A DNA stretch of 64,000 nucleotides from Octopus sinensis (GCF_006345805.1 NC_042999.1:84010001-84074000); one strand, 5' to 3'; positions 41,002 to 55,465 are shown, counted from the stretch's first letter. A program made the numbers and translations. The notes: generated from the letters alone by a model not told the origin.

Positions 41002-41082
41002 CCTCTGATGAGAGTTTGCCAAATATAATGATTTAATAATTGCTATTTTAATCTTTAGGCTTAATTGAAACAGCTGTAAGAG
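41002..41082 (+). ncRNA. Hammerhead-like motif with degenerate stem II
   Basis: CCT-CTGATGA-(55 nt)-GAAA-CAGCTG-TA-AGAG. Confidence 0.5.
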
Positions 41083-41879
41083 AATATGACTGATTTTTGC
41101 AGATGAATTATATTAATGCTTTATCTCCATTTTCTTGATTTTCTTTTGAATATTTATAAACCAAGTTATATATATATATATATAAATTAAACAAACATTT
41201 TGTGTTCTGTCTGTTCAATTCTTTGATGTGTGTGTGTGTGTATGTGTGTGTGTTTGTGTGTGTGTGTATGTGTGTGTATTTGTATGTGTGTGTGTATGTG
41301 TGTGTGTGCTTGTGTGTGCATGTGTATATGTGTATGTGTGTGTAAGAAAAACAAAAAATGGAGTTAAAATTGATGTTTGATCATTGATGTTCATCAATCA
41401 TCATTTATTGATTATAAAAAGACAAAAACTCATATGACAGCTGTTTCTGTTGGCGACATTCCCAGGCTTAACCACCAACATAATTATTATTATCATTTTA
41501 ACTAATTAATTATACCAATTAGAATAGTGGAACTTCATGAGACTGAAGAAGTATAGAAAAAGATAAGAAAAAGAAGAAAATCAAAAAGAAGCTGAAAGCG
41601 GGAAAACGATTATATATATCATTTCATGTGATGTGCTGTCCCTATGGAAACCTTTGGACCGGCTAAAATTTAGTAATAGAATTAGAATAGTTATAATATT
41701 TAGTGGTACATTCCTATATACAGGAGGAAGGCTACTGTCGGCGTAGGTTAAATATATAGCTATATGAGTATTTTGGTTAGGTCATGAAATAGAAATAAAA
41801 AGTAAGTTATAGAATGGAAAATACCGGTAGTTTCAGAACTAAAATAATAAGAGTTAATTATAATTTATTGTTTATCACT

Positions 41880-42590
41880 GATTTCCTATGTACTTGGTAT
41901 CATATGTGGGTGACATACCTGAAACAACTCCAGATCAGGAGTAGAAATGGTCTGCATAGTAAGAGGATAATATTGGTAAGTTAATTTCAAATACAAAGGC
42001 TGGACATTAAAAAACTGTTAATCGATGGAGCGAAAATAGATAAACAATGAATATTTACTGTAAGGAGTATTAGATCGCTTGTATCCAAGCAGATTAGAAG
42101 TGTATAATGTATTTGTGGACAGTTACGAGTATTTGTGTTTAAGGGAGGCAATTATTGATTTATCGAGTAATATCTAAACTTAAGTATGCATTCTCCAAGC
42201 GGTTAAGAAGGTTTAGCCAGTGTTTATGTAGTATATTAAGTTATTTAATATGTATAGATAAACGGGCTATATCCAAGCTATAATATTACACAATATAATA
42301 TAATATATATTTTTGTGTGAATGAAAATGTGTAAATTGTTATAGAAAGAAAGATAGCTACATATCTATATAAGAGTGAAAAGCTGATATCTAATTGTTAT
42401 GTAAAGTGAGTGTTTAGTTAAGCCGGGAAAGTGGTATAAGTAAGCTATTGGATTAGAGGGTACAGTGGGTGTATTTGATTCAAGATGGTTAATTGCTGAG
42501 CTTTAACAGTGGGGGTGGGGGTAGAAATTAATTAAGTTAATAGGGCGGAAATCTATGGGTACTCTTGTCGGAGAGGAGGAGTGGAAAGAT
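41880..42590 (-). pseudogene. Decayed Penelope-like RT (N-terminal to central part)
   Basis: Weak minus-strand resemblance to LxDxxTY, LVTxDVxSLY and GxAMGxxxAPxY segments. Confidence 0.35.
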
Positions 42591-42599
42591 TAACTAGTT

Positions 42600-43080
42600 T
42601 CTATATAATATTTAGAGAATACATGTTCACCTATGTGCAAACAAGCGTTGTTTCGTTCCTCTGTCGGGTTGAGCAAGGGGAGTCTAACCATTAAGATGAA
42701 AACTTTTGCTTTTGACACTATAACTGGGTGCTGAAGTATGTGCCATTCCAAATCAAAGCTGATATTTTTGATCCTTCAGTTACCAAGTGAATTTACTAAA
42801 TCCCGTTGAGTTATATTTATTCCTGTTTCGAAAAGTGTGTATCTGGAAGAGCGTTTCTTCAGTTCATTTTGGGTGGCACCTATATAGATATTTGTTATAT
42901 TGTGCTGTTATTATGCACTGGTGGATTACACTTTTTATTTTACTTGTGTTTTTAAGTACACAGTTATTTTTATTCCTGCAATCACCCAGGCTGCGGGGGA
43001 GAGTTATTTGCTACTGGATTACTATTTCTAGAGAAGAGGTGTACTATTATAATTTACAAGATTATTAGAGTTGTTAGTAT
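42600..43080 (-). pseudogene. Decayed Penelope-like GIY-YIG endonuclease
   Basis: Minus: SVIHQ...IGATQNELKKR...NSTGFSKFTW*LKD ~ NVIYQ...YIGxT...FKxR...NSTxLSKYIWxLKD. Confidence 0.7.
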
Positions 43081-43222
43081 TTGCATGAGGTTTTATTATG
43101 ATTAATGACGCGGAAATATCAAAAATGAGGCTAACTAATTTAATGTGCTAAAACGTTTAATGAATTAAGAATTATAACATTAGGCGATACTTCCTGTTCC
43201 GGTATGCCTACTCTCGCACCCC

Positions 43223-43285
<63 letters not shown>

Positions 43286-43727
43286 GTGTGTGTGTGTGTG
43301 TGTGGTGTGTGTGTGTGTATGTGTTCATTGGAGTTTGGCTATCGTTAATGGAAATCAGTTCGTCGCAGATGGCGAGGAGGAAATTGATATATTTTCCGTC
43401 CTCTTTTGTAAATAACCAACATATAATCTTGGGAACTCCTAATACAAGTTTGTACGAAATATTGAATTTGAAATGCCTAAAAAATATAAGTTGATGATGA
43501 CCATTTCCTGACTGTTGCTGGAAGACATCAGCGTTGAGCAAATGAGATTCTTAAAGCGTATTGGATCATGGTAAAAATAAGATAACACGGCAACAAGATA
43601 AAAAGTTCCAGTCGCAACTTTAAATTTTCCGTGTTTTAGATTCCTTTACGTTTCTTTCCATATTTTTAAAGCATTCATTTCAGTTCTTATGCCTTTAATG
43701 CGGCATTCGCCATCCACCCCATATTCT

Positions 43728-43868
43728 TCTTCCTCTTCCCCTTCTTCTTCTTCTTCTTCTTCTTCTTCTTCTTCTTCTTCTTCTTCTCTTCTTCTTCTTC
43801 TTCTTTTCTTCTTCTTCTTCTTCTTCTTCTTCTTCTTCTTCTTCTTCTTCTTCTTTTCCTCCTCATCT

Positions 43869-43950
<82 letters not shown>

Positions 43951-43990
43951 GCCACTGCTGCTGCTGCTACTATTACTAGTATTATTATTA
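43728..43990. repeat. Compound triplet microsatellite (CTT)n-(TAC)n-(TGC)n-(TAT)n
   Basis: Directly visible; abuts the retroelement 3' end at 43990-44030. Confidence 0.95.
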
Positions 43991-45241
43991 TTGAGTGAGA
44001 CAGCAGTGCATGCCATCAGTGATACTGGGGAAGGATGTATTATTATTAGTGCTGTTGTTGTTGTTCTTGTTGTTGTTGTTTTCGGTCTCTTCATTCATAT
44101 CATTTTCTTCTATTTTTGTGTCATCCTCTATTGTCTTCATTGTGTTGTTTCCTTCCCGTGTACGGTACCATCATTAATGCACAGAAGAAAAAAAACCTTT
44201 TATACAGTGATTACTGAGTTCGAAACCAGTGACGGTAGATTTTTGCCTTTCATTCTTCCAGACATGATAAAGCTAAATGCTAGTCATGTAATTTTGTTCA
44301 ATTTAGAGCCTATTGCTCTCTCTAAATTGTGTGCCATCGTGCACACGGATTAGCAGAGTTGCATTCAGTAACGCTTTTCACACACTAATTTGTAGGCGCA
44401 AAGTTTATGGTACCTGCCTCGTCTCATCTAAATCAGTAGAACTTCTTATCAGCTTTCACCTTTTTGTCAACTTTATAAACCCATTTCTTCTCGTCTCCTT
44501 AATTTATCTGTGTATCACATCTCACATCCCGTACCAAAACATTTAACATAATCTTTAATTCTCTTGGATTCTCTTTCGAACCCATGTTTTTTTTATATTT
44601 TTATTTCTATTTATTTAGTGATTTTTTTTATTTATTCCATTTTTTAATTTCTTTTTTTTTTTTAGTTTTTACCGTTGACTTCAAATACAACGTAACTCCC
44701 ATTGATCTGACAAGTCTGCAAAAATGCCTTAAATACGATGGGCATCGATTTTCTTCATTTGAATAACATTAAAAAAATAAAACATCAATATCATTTCCTA
44801 CTTTATTATGCATTTTTATTCATAATATATTTCTTCCAAATTTTCTTCAAAGAATCTTGCAGAATACAACAACTGAACGCGCAAGCAAAGTTCTGTCAAT
44901 ATTATTGATAAACAATATGAAGCAAGTATAGTGTGTATCTGGGAATATATGAGAAAAAAATTTAATTCATTTGAATTTATTGCGTATTTATTTTCATCAT
45001 AATTTCCTAAATAAAATGAAGATTCCAAAGTTAAAAGAAATTTCAAAGAAATCTTTCTAATAAGAAAATAAATGGACAGGAAACAGCAGTAGAATATCGT
45101 CGCAGTTTGGCAAATGCAAACTAATAAAAATTACAATGATATAAGTGTAACCGAAATGTCTCCACATTTGGATATGTGATTTGTCTTATGAATTAACAAT
45201 ATCTTCGAAAGATAAAATGCCCACACCCATACACACATACA

Positions 45242-45306
<65 letters not shown>

Positions 45307-45342
45307 CACATAATATATATATATTATATATACCTATATATA

Positions 45343-45404
<62 letters not shown>

Positions 45405-46229
45405 GCATTCAAGTGCATACATATTTACATATATGTCTTTGCATATGTATAAAAGTTTGTAAACATACACCAATATACTCAACCACACACACACATACAT
45501 ACAATAATATAGAATTATATGTATGTATATTTTTATGTACGTATAAATTATGAATAGACTAGTTATATATTTATGAACACATATATTATACTTCTTTAGA
45601 TCTTCGATTTATATGTTTTTATATCAAATATCAATTGTTTTGTCTTGCATGCACAGACAGATTTTGATAAAGCTTTATTTGTTTACTTGTTATACTTTGA
45701 TATCATTTCACTTCTATAATCTCTTCTTCACGTATTAATCCTCTAATTATAACACGTTCAAAATTTGCGGGATATGTAGATTTTCTTTGGTTGAAATTTC
45801 TTTGTTCTTCAGTTGTAAGTTTTTCGTTTTCAAATATACCCTCAAACAATACACAGATCTTTTGTGTGCAATCATAAACAAACTCAGTCAGTCAGCTTCT
45901 AGAAGACTAATTTGTATAGGAGAGAGACAGTTATATTTCAAAATAACGGATGTAATTTGTAGAAGCTATTTGTTTATACGGATAAAGCCGGGTACATACT
46001 TTGTATTAATTATGAAAACATTAATTATAAACAATAGAAACTGAAAATGGCACTAGAATATATGAAGAATAATTTTTTTAAATTGAATTTATACATTCCA
46101 TATAAATTGAGATAACTTCATTTATATTTGACACATCATTAAATAGATAGATCTTCAATATATATAATACATATAACTATGTAAGTAGTTGTAACTAAAC
46201 AGTCTTTGGTATCTGCCTGAAATAAGAGG

Positions 46230-46440
46230 CAATGAAATTCTAACTTGCATGTCAATAAGGGATGAGAATCCTTCCTTATGGAGAATCTTTGTTAAGCAGG
46301 TGCACGAAACAATCTTTCAGCGTCACTTGGTGTGGTCCAAAAATGGGCAGGACTGTATCTTTAGCAATGTCTTGGCTGTAGGACTCGCAGGCAGAGAGTT
46401 AAGTCCAGCCACACTGAATATTCTAATTTATATTTTATAA
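46230..46440 (-). pseudogene. Penelope-like C-terminal remnant
   Basis: Minus LLNK...RILIPY*HAS*NF resembles LLNKRSELxSKCRHxxKF. Confidence 0.4.
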
Positions 46441-46502
46441 TGGTGATGCTTTTATAGTAACCATAGTTTATATATGCAATGAGATTTTATCGCTGTAATT
46501 GC

Positions 46503-46654
<152 letters not shown>

Positions 46655-46952
46655 TAGCAGATGTTGTAATAATACAGAATGTATTGTACAATGGTTATTG
46701 ACAAACAATACTAGTGTTGATAAACAAAATTTGATCACTAATTAGGCGATATTTTGTAACAAGTGTGTATTTAATGCAAATGGAATATACGTTATGTCGC
46801 TACATCTTTATATGCTAGTCGCAACATATTGAACTTGTGAGTTTCTTAATTGACGAGGTATTAAATCAGAATTATTCTCCCCAGGCACAACAAAATATGC
46901 TTCAACACACGAGTTCACATAAAGAATTTTGCAAACCCCAAACAAAACGAAA

Positions 46953-47016
<64 letters not shown>

Positions 47017-47020
<4 letters not shown>

Positions 47021-47395
47021 GTCATTCCATAAGTTCTGTCCGAATTTTGAATTAAAAAAACAAGTGACGAAATGTTATATTTAATTGAAATTATTTAATC
47101 ATCAATGTACTTTCCCTGATTATCTATGATTTCCTCCCGTCTATTTACAAGCTTTTTAATCCCATGAATCTAAAACTCCTTTGGTTTCAAAGCGAAGAAC
47201 TCTGAATTGTCAGTTTCGACTTCCTTCTGGCTTGCGAAAGTTATGTCCCCCAAATGATTCTGTAAACTACGAAACAGATGGTAGTCTGAAAAAAGTCGAG
47301 AGAATAAGGTGGATGTCGAATGTTTTCCCAACCAAGCTCTTCGATTTTCTGTGTTGTGATCTGTGGGGTCGCGCATAGTCCTGATGAAGCATCGC
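47017..47395 (-). mobile_element. Mariner transposon 3' part with TIR
   Basis: Minus SDYHLFRSLQNHL...EFF..KPKEF...GIKKL...IIDNQGKYIDD*; TIR-like TCAGGTCATTCCATAAGTTCTGTCCG inserted in (TA)n. Confidence 0.88.
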
Positions 47396-47426
47396 AGACA
47401 GACAGAACGGATTTTATATAATCGAT

Positions 47427-48010
47427 ATATATATATATATATTAAATCAGAAAAAAACCCACCCTTTATCAATTCAAAATCAACAATTAAGTTACACCAT
47501 CTAGAAAATTACTTATAATAGAAAAGTTAAAATTTAAAAAATAACAATAAAATGTAAAGATTAAGTAAATTGCAAAAATAATAATAATAACGTATATAAT
47601 AGGTAGAAAAACGACACGTGTTTAGCGGCTATATTTAAGAAATGATTATAGTATTTTATTTTTATTTTTAACCTGATGAGCGACTATATTTATATCGAAG
47701 TGATTTCTCTACTACTATAATCATTTCTTAAATATAGCCGCGAAACACTTGTCGTTTTTCTACCTATTATATACGTTTTTATTATTATTTTTGCAATTTA
47801 CTTAATCCTTACATTTTATTGTTATTTTATTTTAACTTTTCTATTATATGTAATTTTCTAGATGGTGTAATTTAATTGTTCATTTTAAATTGATAAAGGG
47901 TGTTTATTTTCTAATTTTTTATATATATATTATATTGTGTAAAATTTGATTTACTATTTCTAAATTGATTTTTTTCCTTGTAAGTTTGGATTTTATTCCC
48001 TCAAATAATA
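47427..48010 (+). mobile_element. Foldback pLTR-like element with ~220-bp inverted arms
   Basis: Left arm ~47427-47653, right arm ~47712-47930 (e.g. TTACACCATCTAGAAAATTAC / GTAATTTTCTAGATGGTGTAA). Confidence 0.85.
47670..47756 (+). ncRNA. Type I hammerhead ribozyme motif (GUC)
   Basis: AAC-CTGATGA-GCGACTATATTTA...TAAATATAGCCGC-GAAA-CACTTG-TC-GTT; 12/13-bp stem II. Confidence 0.72.
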
Positions 48011-48389
48011 ATTATTATATATATATATATATCGTGCACACTTTTAGTTTTAAAATGCTTCTCACAGATGCTATGGGCTGCATACTCCGTGATGCATTTC
48101 GGATCTTACATCAGATCCCCTCGCTCAGTTGACCCAGCCGGGGTTGATTACATCCCAGCCTACATTCCTGTAGCAGCAAACCACTGATCTTTTCTCTATC
48201 AAAAGCGACTTAGTGGCCTCCTCTGCAGTGATGGAATTCATAACCCTCCTCTTTGCTGCGCCCATTAACTCCAGTGTCACTCAAAGTTTTGCAGAATGAA
48301 CTCCATACAAATCTTCGACAAGCCACCTCTATTACCTTGTCACGTGTCTGATAGCTCTGATTTCTGCAATGCTCTATCTGTAACTTGTA

Positions 48390-49160
48390 TTTACGACAAC
48401 AATAGAAGCTGTTTATACAGTGCCGCTATTTGGCCTTTAATATCTGGCCACGCATCAGACAAGCTTGGAAATTTATTACAGATTGCCTTCAAAAGTTTTA
48501 GGCTGAAAATACGAGTCTCCATATAATTAATTTCTTAGACGTCATGTAAGTATTCTCACAAGATCTTAATAAGACATGCAGTAAACCAAAGGAAAAGTTC
48601 ACATGCATTGACATGGATTCTATATTTGCACGTGTAATTTTTCAAAATTCTAATTATTGGCAGAAATCACGTTATTTATCGTTAACTAATAAAATCTTAC
48701 TACAACATACAGCAAATATCAAATATGTCGATAATCGCTTGTCACTCAGAAGTAGAAAAATATGTCGTAATGTCCTGTTTCATGCTATCTTTTCGTTAAA
48801 TGTTAAATGTAACACAAATGAAACATTTTTAACCTTAATCAATAAATTTTCTGTTAACCAAAGCTACAGAAAATATTTGATAGAAATTAAGTTATAGATG
48901 TACAACTGGCGTGAAAATGATAATTAGTTGTAATCCGACTATATCAACAAAAATCAATAATTTTTCCCTGCTAACCAAACTTACAGGAAATTATTTGACA
49001 GAAATTAAGTTATAGTAGTTACAACTGGCGTGAAAATGATAATTAAGAGTAACCTAACTAAAGCAACAATGAGAGATTGCTCATGCAGAAAGAAACACCA
49101 CATAATAAGCATGCGTGCAATGCCGAAGGAAATGCTATGAGGTAGAGGTCACATTTACAA
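48390..49160 (+). pseudogene. Decayed Penelope-like RT C-terminal region with internal ~118-bp duplication
   Basis: Segments resembling GLYRDDG...INFLDV, RNVLFH...NVKxNT..FLxLI and linker CSCRKK; 48840-48955 repeats at 48957-49050. Confidence 0.6.
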
Positions 49161-50267
49161 AAGAAAAATTAGATTAATATTGCGAGTGAATTTTAAAAAT
49201 AAACTTATTTCAATCATATTCTTGTCTGTGGAATCATAGAAAGAAGGAATTTAATCAAATTATAGGACACTGTTAGGACACTGAAAGAAAGCAGGACTAT
49301 ATTCAATATCCTAAGGGAATCTCTTGAAGGTTATAAGCTGTATGTAAATGTCACTAAATTATTTGAGCCGTAAAATTCTGAGAAAAATTATATGATAATG
49401 AATTTTAACAAACTTGCTGAGTAATTCCAACATTAGATCACAGATTATTCAGCATATGCAAACAGTTAGGGAAATTTCTTTCAAGCAATGACAGAATGGA
49501 AGTGCTAAAAGTTGTATAGTTATAAATTAACGTATATGTGGACTCGGGAATGGAGTCTGTTAATGAATATTTGCCAATTAGCTAGATGGCTTTCATTTGA
49601 ATACAGACAAGCATATTTTCAGATGCGACAGTAGTATTAGATACTGGATCTGATCGGAGCATTATGAAGTTTTAATATTTATCGACGCTGCAATATTTTC
49701 TAGTTCGAAAGAGGAAGACTTTAACAATAACACTTATTTTGCTGCGCTATTTCGAGGCTATATCTTTAAATTTTAAGGCAGAGATGTTACGGTACAGCTC
49801 TTATGAACCTGCTTGTGAAGATCTTTAAGATATTTTTAATATTTAGGACAGTAGAAAAATATGCCTAATAAGGTTTCAAAAATTTACTTATCTGTTGTCA
49901 GCAAAAAAGTACAAGCATTATCAAGTATCATAGATGGCTAGCTATGAAATGATACATGTCCTAAGACTCAAAGTAGTACAGAGTCCACTAGCTTGTTCGC
50001 AACTTAAATCATACTTTAATTTTATTTCTAGTCGATTCTTATTTATGCGTCATTACGAGGTAGACTTAGATTAATTGCTTATATTAACCATATTTTCATA
50101 GTGTAGTACAGTAATGATTTATTTAATGCAGTTATTAAGATAGTGTTGATAAGTATAATAATCCCAATTCTTAACATACGTTAATTATATTTTTGCGAAA
50201 TATGATTATACAATTGTTATTCATAATGTGAGAGACCACGTCAATATGTTTAATGAGTTTTCCTTAA

Positions 50268-50652
50268 TCTGTTATATAAAATCCGTTCTGTCTGTCTGTG
50301 TGTGTGTCTTCTAGCATCTCGCGCATCCTCCACCCGATTGCGCTCAAATTTAATATGTAGATACCGACGGTATCAGGGCGTGTATAAGTCTTGTAAAAAT
50401 TTAAAAAATCGATTCCAGGTGAGAATACGATCGATAAAGCCGTGGGAACGTGCATTTGTACGCGCAAGTACATCAGCTGTTGCGTCGATCTACGCGTACG
50501 CGAGACAGATGCACGGTGTTTCAAATTTAGGTTAAATCAGTGTTTCTCAAAGGGGAGGACTATGAGACGGTCGGACAAGTTGTTTTGAGAAAATTTGGTT
50601 TAAATGTTTGACAACTCAGCACCGTCCATTGGACGGGGGGAATTTTGCTCGT
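50268..50652 (+). mobile_element. Non-autonomous Helitron-like element
   Basis: 5' A|TC...TATATAAAA, internal (TCTG)n, 3' hairpin CCGTCCA-T-TGGACGG ~12 nt before CTCG|T (CTAG variant). Confidence 0.55.
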
Positions 50653-52070
50653 CATGTATAATATCTAGAATATAGAGGTAGCTTGTTTCGCCCATATTCG
50701 TAACATGGAAATTCTCATGTAGACGTCAAAACGAGAAACATCACCTTTCAGAATCCATTATGATGTTGTCATTAACGTTATTAGTAAAGTGCTGTTGACT
50801 TTTATATTTTTGGGGGGAGAAAGAGCTTACAAACTGACAGTTAATACACCAATTATGTCAAAGAAGGTGTATCTTCATTAATTATATCTAACGAAGCTCA
50901 TATAGAAACACAACACACAGATGACCGTGCACACTGAAAGAAACATTTTTCCACATCATATATACACATACAAACGCGCACAATGACAGGCTTCTTCTTG
51001 CATTAGGTCTGCTATGTTGAAACACCTCATTTAGATAATCAGCCAACACTCAGTGTATAGACCAAGAATGGACCAAGTGTCTCATGGTCCATTCTTATAT
51101 TTTTCCACTGTAGAACTTATTTAATGAAAGACAATTTCTGAAACGTTGTTATATAACATTGTGGTTTATGTTTTATCCCAAATCATCACATTCTGCTATT
51201 GTTTCTTTATATCGCTTTCTTATATTTTGCTTCCACTTAATAGACACACACACACACGCACACACACCTACAAACATTCGCAAACGTGTGTATGCATATA
51301 AGCTGTGTGTGTATGCGTGTGTGTTTCAGCTGACCACTATTCTATATCAAAAGCGATGTAAGTTGAGATTATCATAGATTGACTAAAACTGCGAAATACG
51401 AACAACTTTTAATATCTGACGTTCATAAAATATTATATAGAAGAGTACACCCATCTCTTCGTTCTTCAGTATTCATATTTTTTCACCATATCTTTCTTTA
51501 TTTTCTTTCTTGGATATTGAGCTATTTGTTTATAGTGAGTATATTTTGGTCGAGTTTCTTATTAATAATTTTCGTCCTTTATTAATAAATAAGATATCGT
51601 AACGCGAAAATAGAATAAATAGCTTCGAGAAGAGACAATACAATATAGTTGAAAAGAAGAGAAAAAGACTCTAAAAACATTAGAACAGAATGTAAGAGAA
51701 TGAATCTAAGATTTGAAGGGGAAATCTAACTATCGTCTATACTTCTATGAAAGGATGTATAAATCTCTGCATTACTTTACTCTTAGATGCAATTATATAC
51801 ACACAGAGGCATATACACACTCACAAATTGATCGACGCAAACCTATGTATACACAATGTAATATACACATAGTGATATACGAATATATATATATATATAG
51901 GTGTGCATGTAGATTTATGTAAATACACACACATGCATATATCTATATATATACAGACATATAAACATATATTTATATACTATGTAAATATATATATGCA
52001 TATACATCACATATACGTGCATACACACATACATATATATATGTATACATTATATGTGTGTATGTGTATG

Positions 52071-52133
<63 letters not shown>

Positions 52134-52600
52134 GTATGTATGCATATATATATAATGGATTTGTACAGAATATTGAGTATATCAACCATAGCAGTAGTAA
52201 CAAGAGTAATAAAATAACAATAAAATGATGATGGTGATGCTGATGCTGATGATGATAATAATATTTGAGCAGAAGATGGAGTACAAGAAAAATGTTGAAG
52301 AAGAAGAAGAAGAAGAAGAAGAAGAAGAAGAAGAAGAAGAAGAAGAAGAAGAAGAAGAAGAAGAAGAAGAAAGGGAGGAGGAAGAAATTAAGGAAGTGCT
52401 CAGAGTAACCGCAAATAAATGAAGCAAAAAGGAAAGTTATCACGCCAAAGAAAAAGAATTCACAAGAATATTAGAAAAAATATATAAAAAAGAAAGCAAG
52501 AGAGCAGTTAGAGAAAGAAATAATTACTTTCAAAGCTCATAACATGTATTTGTGTGTGTATCTGCACCTGCGCGTGTGTGTATGAGTATGTATAAAACAA

Positions 52601-52649
<49 letters not shown>

Positions 52650-53413
52650 TTTTCTATCAATCAACCTATTTATGTAGATATATATGTATATATACATGTA
52701 CATTTATATAAATATATATATATATATTTATATACATATACATATATATAAATAAATAAATAAATATATATCGATAGATAGATAGATAAATAGATAGATA
52801 GGTAGACACATGTATACATATATTTTTACACTTGGGCGTATAAATATACTTACATGCACATATAACGTATTCGTAAGATTTATACATATCCTTGTGTGTA
52901 TATATATATGTATACATATACAATATATATATACACACACACATATATATATATATACATGGACATGGGTTAGACTAAGAACTGTAATAAACGAGTGAAG
53001 AAGGAAAATATAGCGCGTGTTTATTTGTGTGTGTATACAACAATATATATATATATGTATGCATATATACATATATATATATATAATATATATATATATA
53101 ACAAAATTAGAGATGGAGAATATACTTAAATCAGTAACACTCAACTATCCGATGATACTCAATCCTACTTTAATACACTTACATATGAGTAAAGGCAATA
53201 CATAAATGAAATGAGATATACAGTAATAGTAAAAAGATAAAGAGATATAAGTAAAAATTTTTTTCAAATATATATGCAAATAATCAAAACTGACAGCTGT
53301 TTCGCAGTGAGGACAGTCATACCTCATTTAACCTATAAGCCATAAAGGCAGGTATAAATGAGGCATTAACAAGGATGCCCCAGGCCTCTTCAGAGAATTA
53401 TATATATATATAT

Positions 53414-53476
<63 letters not shown>

Positions 53477-53592
53477 GTGAGATAATGTATATATATAAAC
53501 TCGTGTTTATAAATAAACTTATATGCACGTATATCGTTCTCGTAGGCATATACATTTCTTTGTATGTATTATATATTATATGTATATATATG

Positions 53593-53645
<53 letters not shown>

Positions 53646-54689
53646 TTGTGTGGTGGTTGGTGTGTGTGTGTGTATGTCTATATACATACATAAATACACA
53701 CACACATATATATACATATGCATATATGTATTCTGATACATATATATCTACGTCTATGAATATAATGCATATACATGTAATTATATTTATACGTACACCC
53801 AGACACAGACAGACACAGACACACAGACGCACACACACACATATTATATTTACATATGCACAGGTATGTATATACGTGTTTGTGTGTGTGTGTTCATGGT
53901 GTCCAATATATGAAATGGAAAATTTCCAAAAACAATTATCAGCAGGACAGTATCATGTGTTTGAATTTCTGTATATTTATGTATATACTTATACACACAC
54001 ACATATATATATATATATTGATACTGACATATATATGCATATATACATGTGTGTGTGTGTGTGTGTGTACGTAGCTTTTACAGATAACGATCTCTTGTTC
54101 AAGGGACTGCTCTTTGCGTGATATAACCGTGTGTTATTGATTTCTCACTCATGAGGGGTTTTATGAAAATGTGTTTAATTTTCGGCTGTATTTATGGCAG
54201 TATAATATATATGTTTTTTCTTAATCTTTTGTTTCATTATACTTTTGTTGGAAAAAATAAATGAAAAACTTCTTTTGTGTGTGCTTTTGTGCTTATATTT
54301 CGTTATATGCACGCATATATTTTATGTGCCAACTGTGTTCGTTAAAAATTTCCTACATTTTTGTTTACGTTATGAGATGTTGATGTTTATATCAATATTG
54401 CATATACCTAGGAACATGCAAATTTATATACTTCATAACGATGCTCCGTATATGCGTGTTTCCGAGTTCCGCATGTCTATGCAGCAACTAAGGAAGTCAT
54501 GCTCTCTTTACAGTCTATAGTAGACCAACAACCTGTGAGTGGTATTTGGTAGAATGAAACTCTATTGAAGTCCAAGACACAGATGATATGCAAGTGTGTG
54601 TATGTGTGTACGTGTGTGTATGTGTCTGTCTGCCTGTTTGTCTGTCTGTATGTATGTATGAATGTATGTCTCTTCTATGTTTTAATTAT

Positions 54690-55465
54690 TATAAATCTTC
54701 CACTGAGGAGGGAGCCGGTTTTCAACAAAGATACAAAGCTCCATCTTTGGGAGGTAGTTAACACAGATAAATTCACATTTGGAACTTGAGAAAAGTCTAG
54801 TATATTTTTACTGTTCCACCCACAGATTGGGCTTGTAATGTACGGATCAGACAGTCAATTTCTCTTTCTCAAATTCCCAGGTTAGCCAAATTCTCTTTTA
54901 AGCATTTACTAACAAAACCTAGAGCTCCAATTATTATTGGTATGAATATGAATTTATAGTCTGGATATAGAAGCTGGAGGTTTCGAAGCAGTTGTCCATA
55001 GATATCCTCTTTTTCTTTGATTTTCAAAGAGATATTTATATCTGCAAGGCAGCTAACCCGTATGATGGTACGTAACTTGCCCCTCAGTCCTAAACATGAA
55101 TATTCAGCCTGTTATGCTTACATTTAACAGAAGGTTTGATGGGAATATTCTACTAGTATTCCTTGAGTTAGTGATTATGAATGTATTCCATAACAGGAAT
55201 ATATTTCAGGACAATTTTTTTTTTGCGGAAGGTATTGTAAATTGTTTTAGCAACAACATCGTGTCGCATAGGGAAGTAGTACCGTGAATCCTTTAGGACA
55301 TCTGTTAATCACATGCCTAATGTCTTCAACAGAAACATGACATAGCCTACACATGCGGTTGCACCTTGGGATTACAAGAGCATCACTGTCTCTCTTGTTC
55401 AACAGGTAATTTGTGGCAATCTCCTGTTCCTGGATTGCAAACGCATATACTTCAAAGTGGGATAA
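54690..55465 (-). pseudogene. R4/Dong-clade non-LTR retrotransposon 3' region (CCHC knuckle + restriction-like endonuclease)
   Basis: Minus CRLCHVSVEDIRHVINRCP, RHDVVAK and KEKEDIYGQLLRNLQLLYPDYKFIFIPIIIGALG; short TAA-like tail. Confidence 0.8.
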
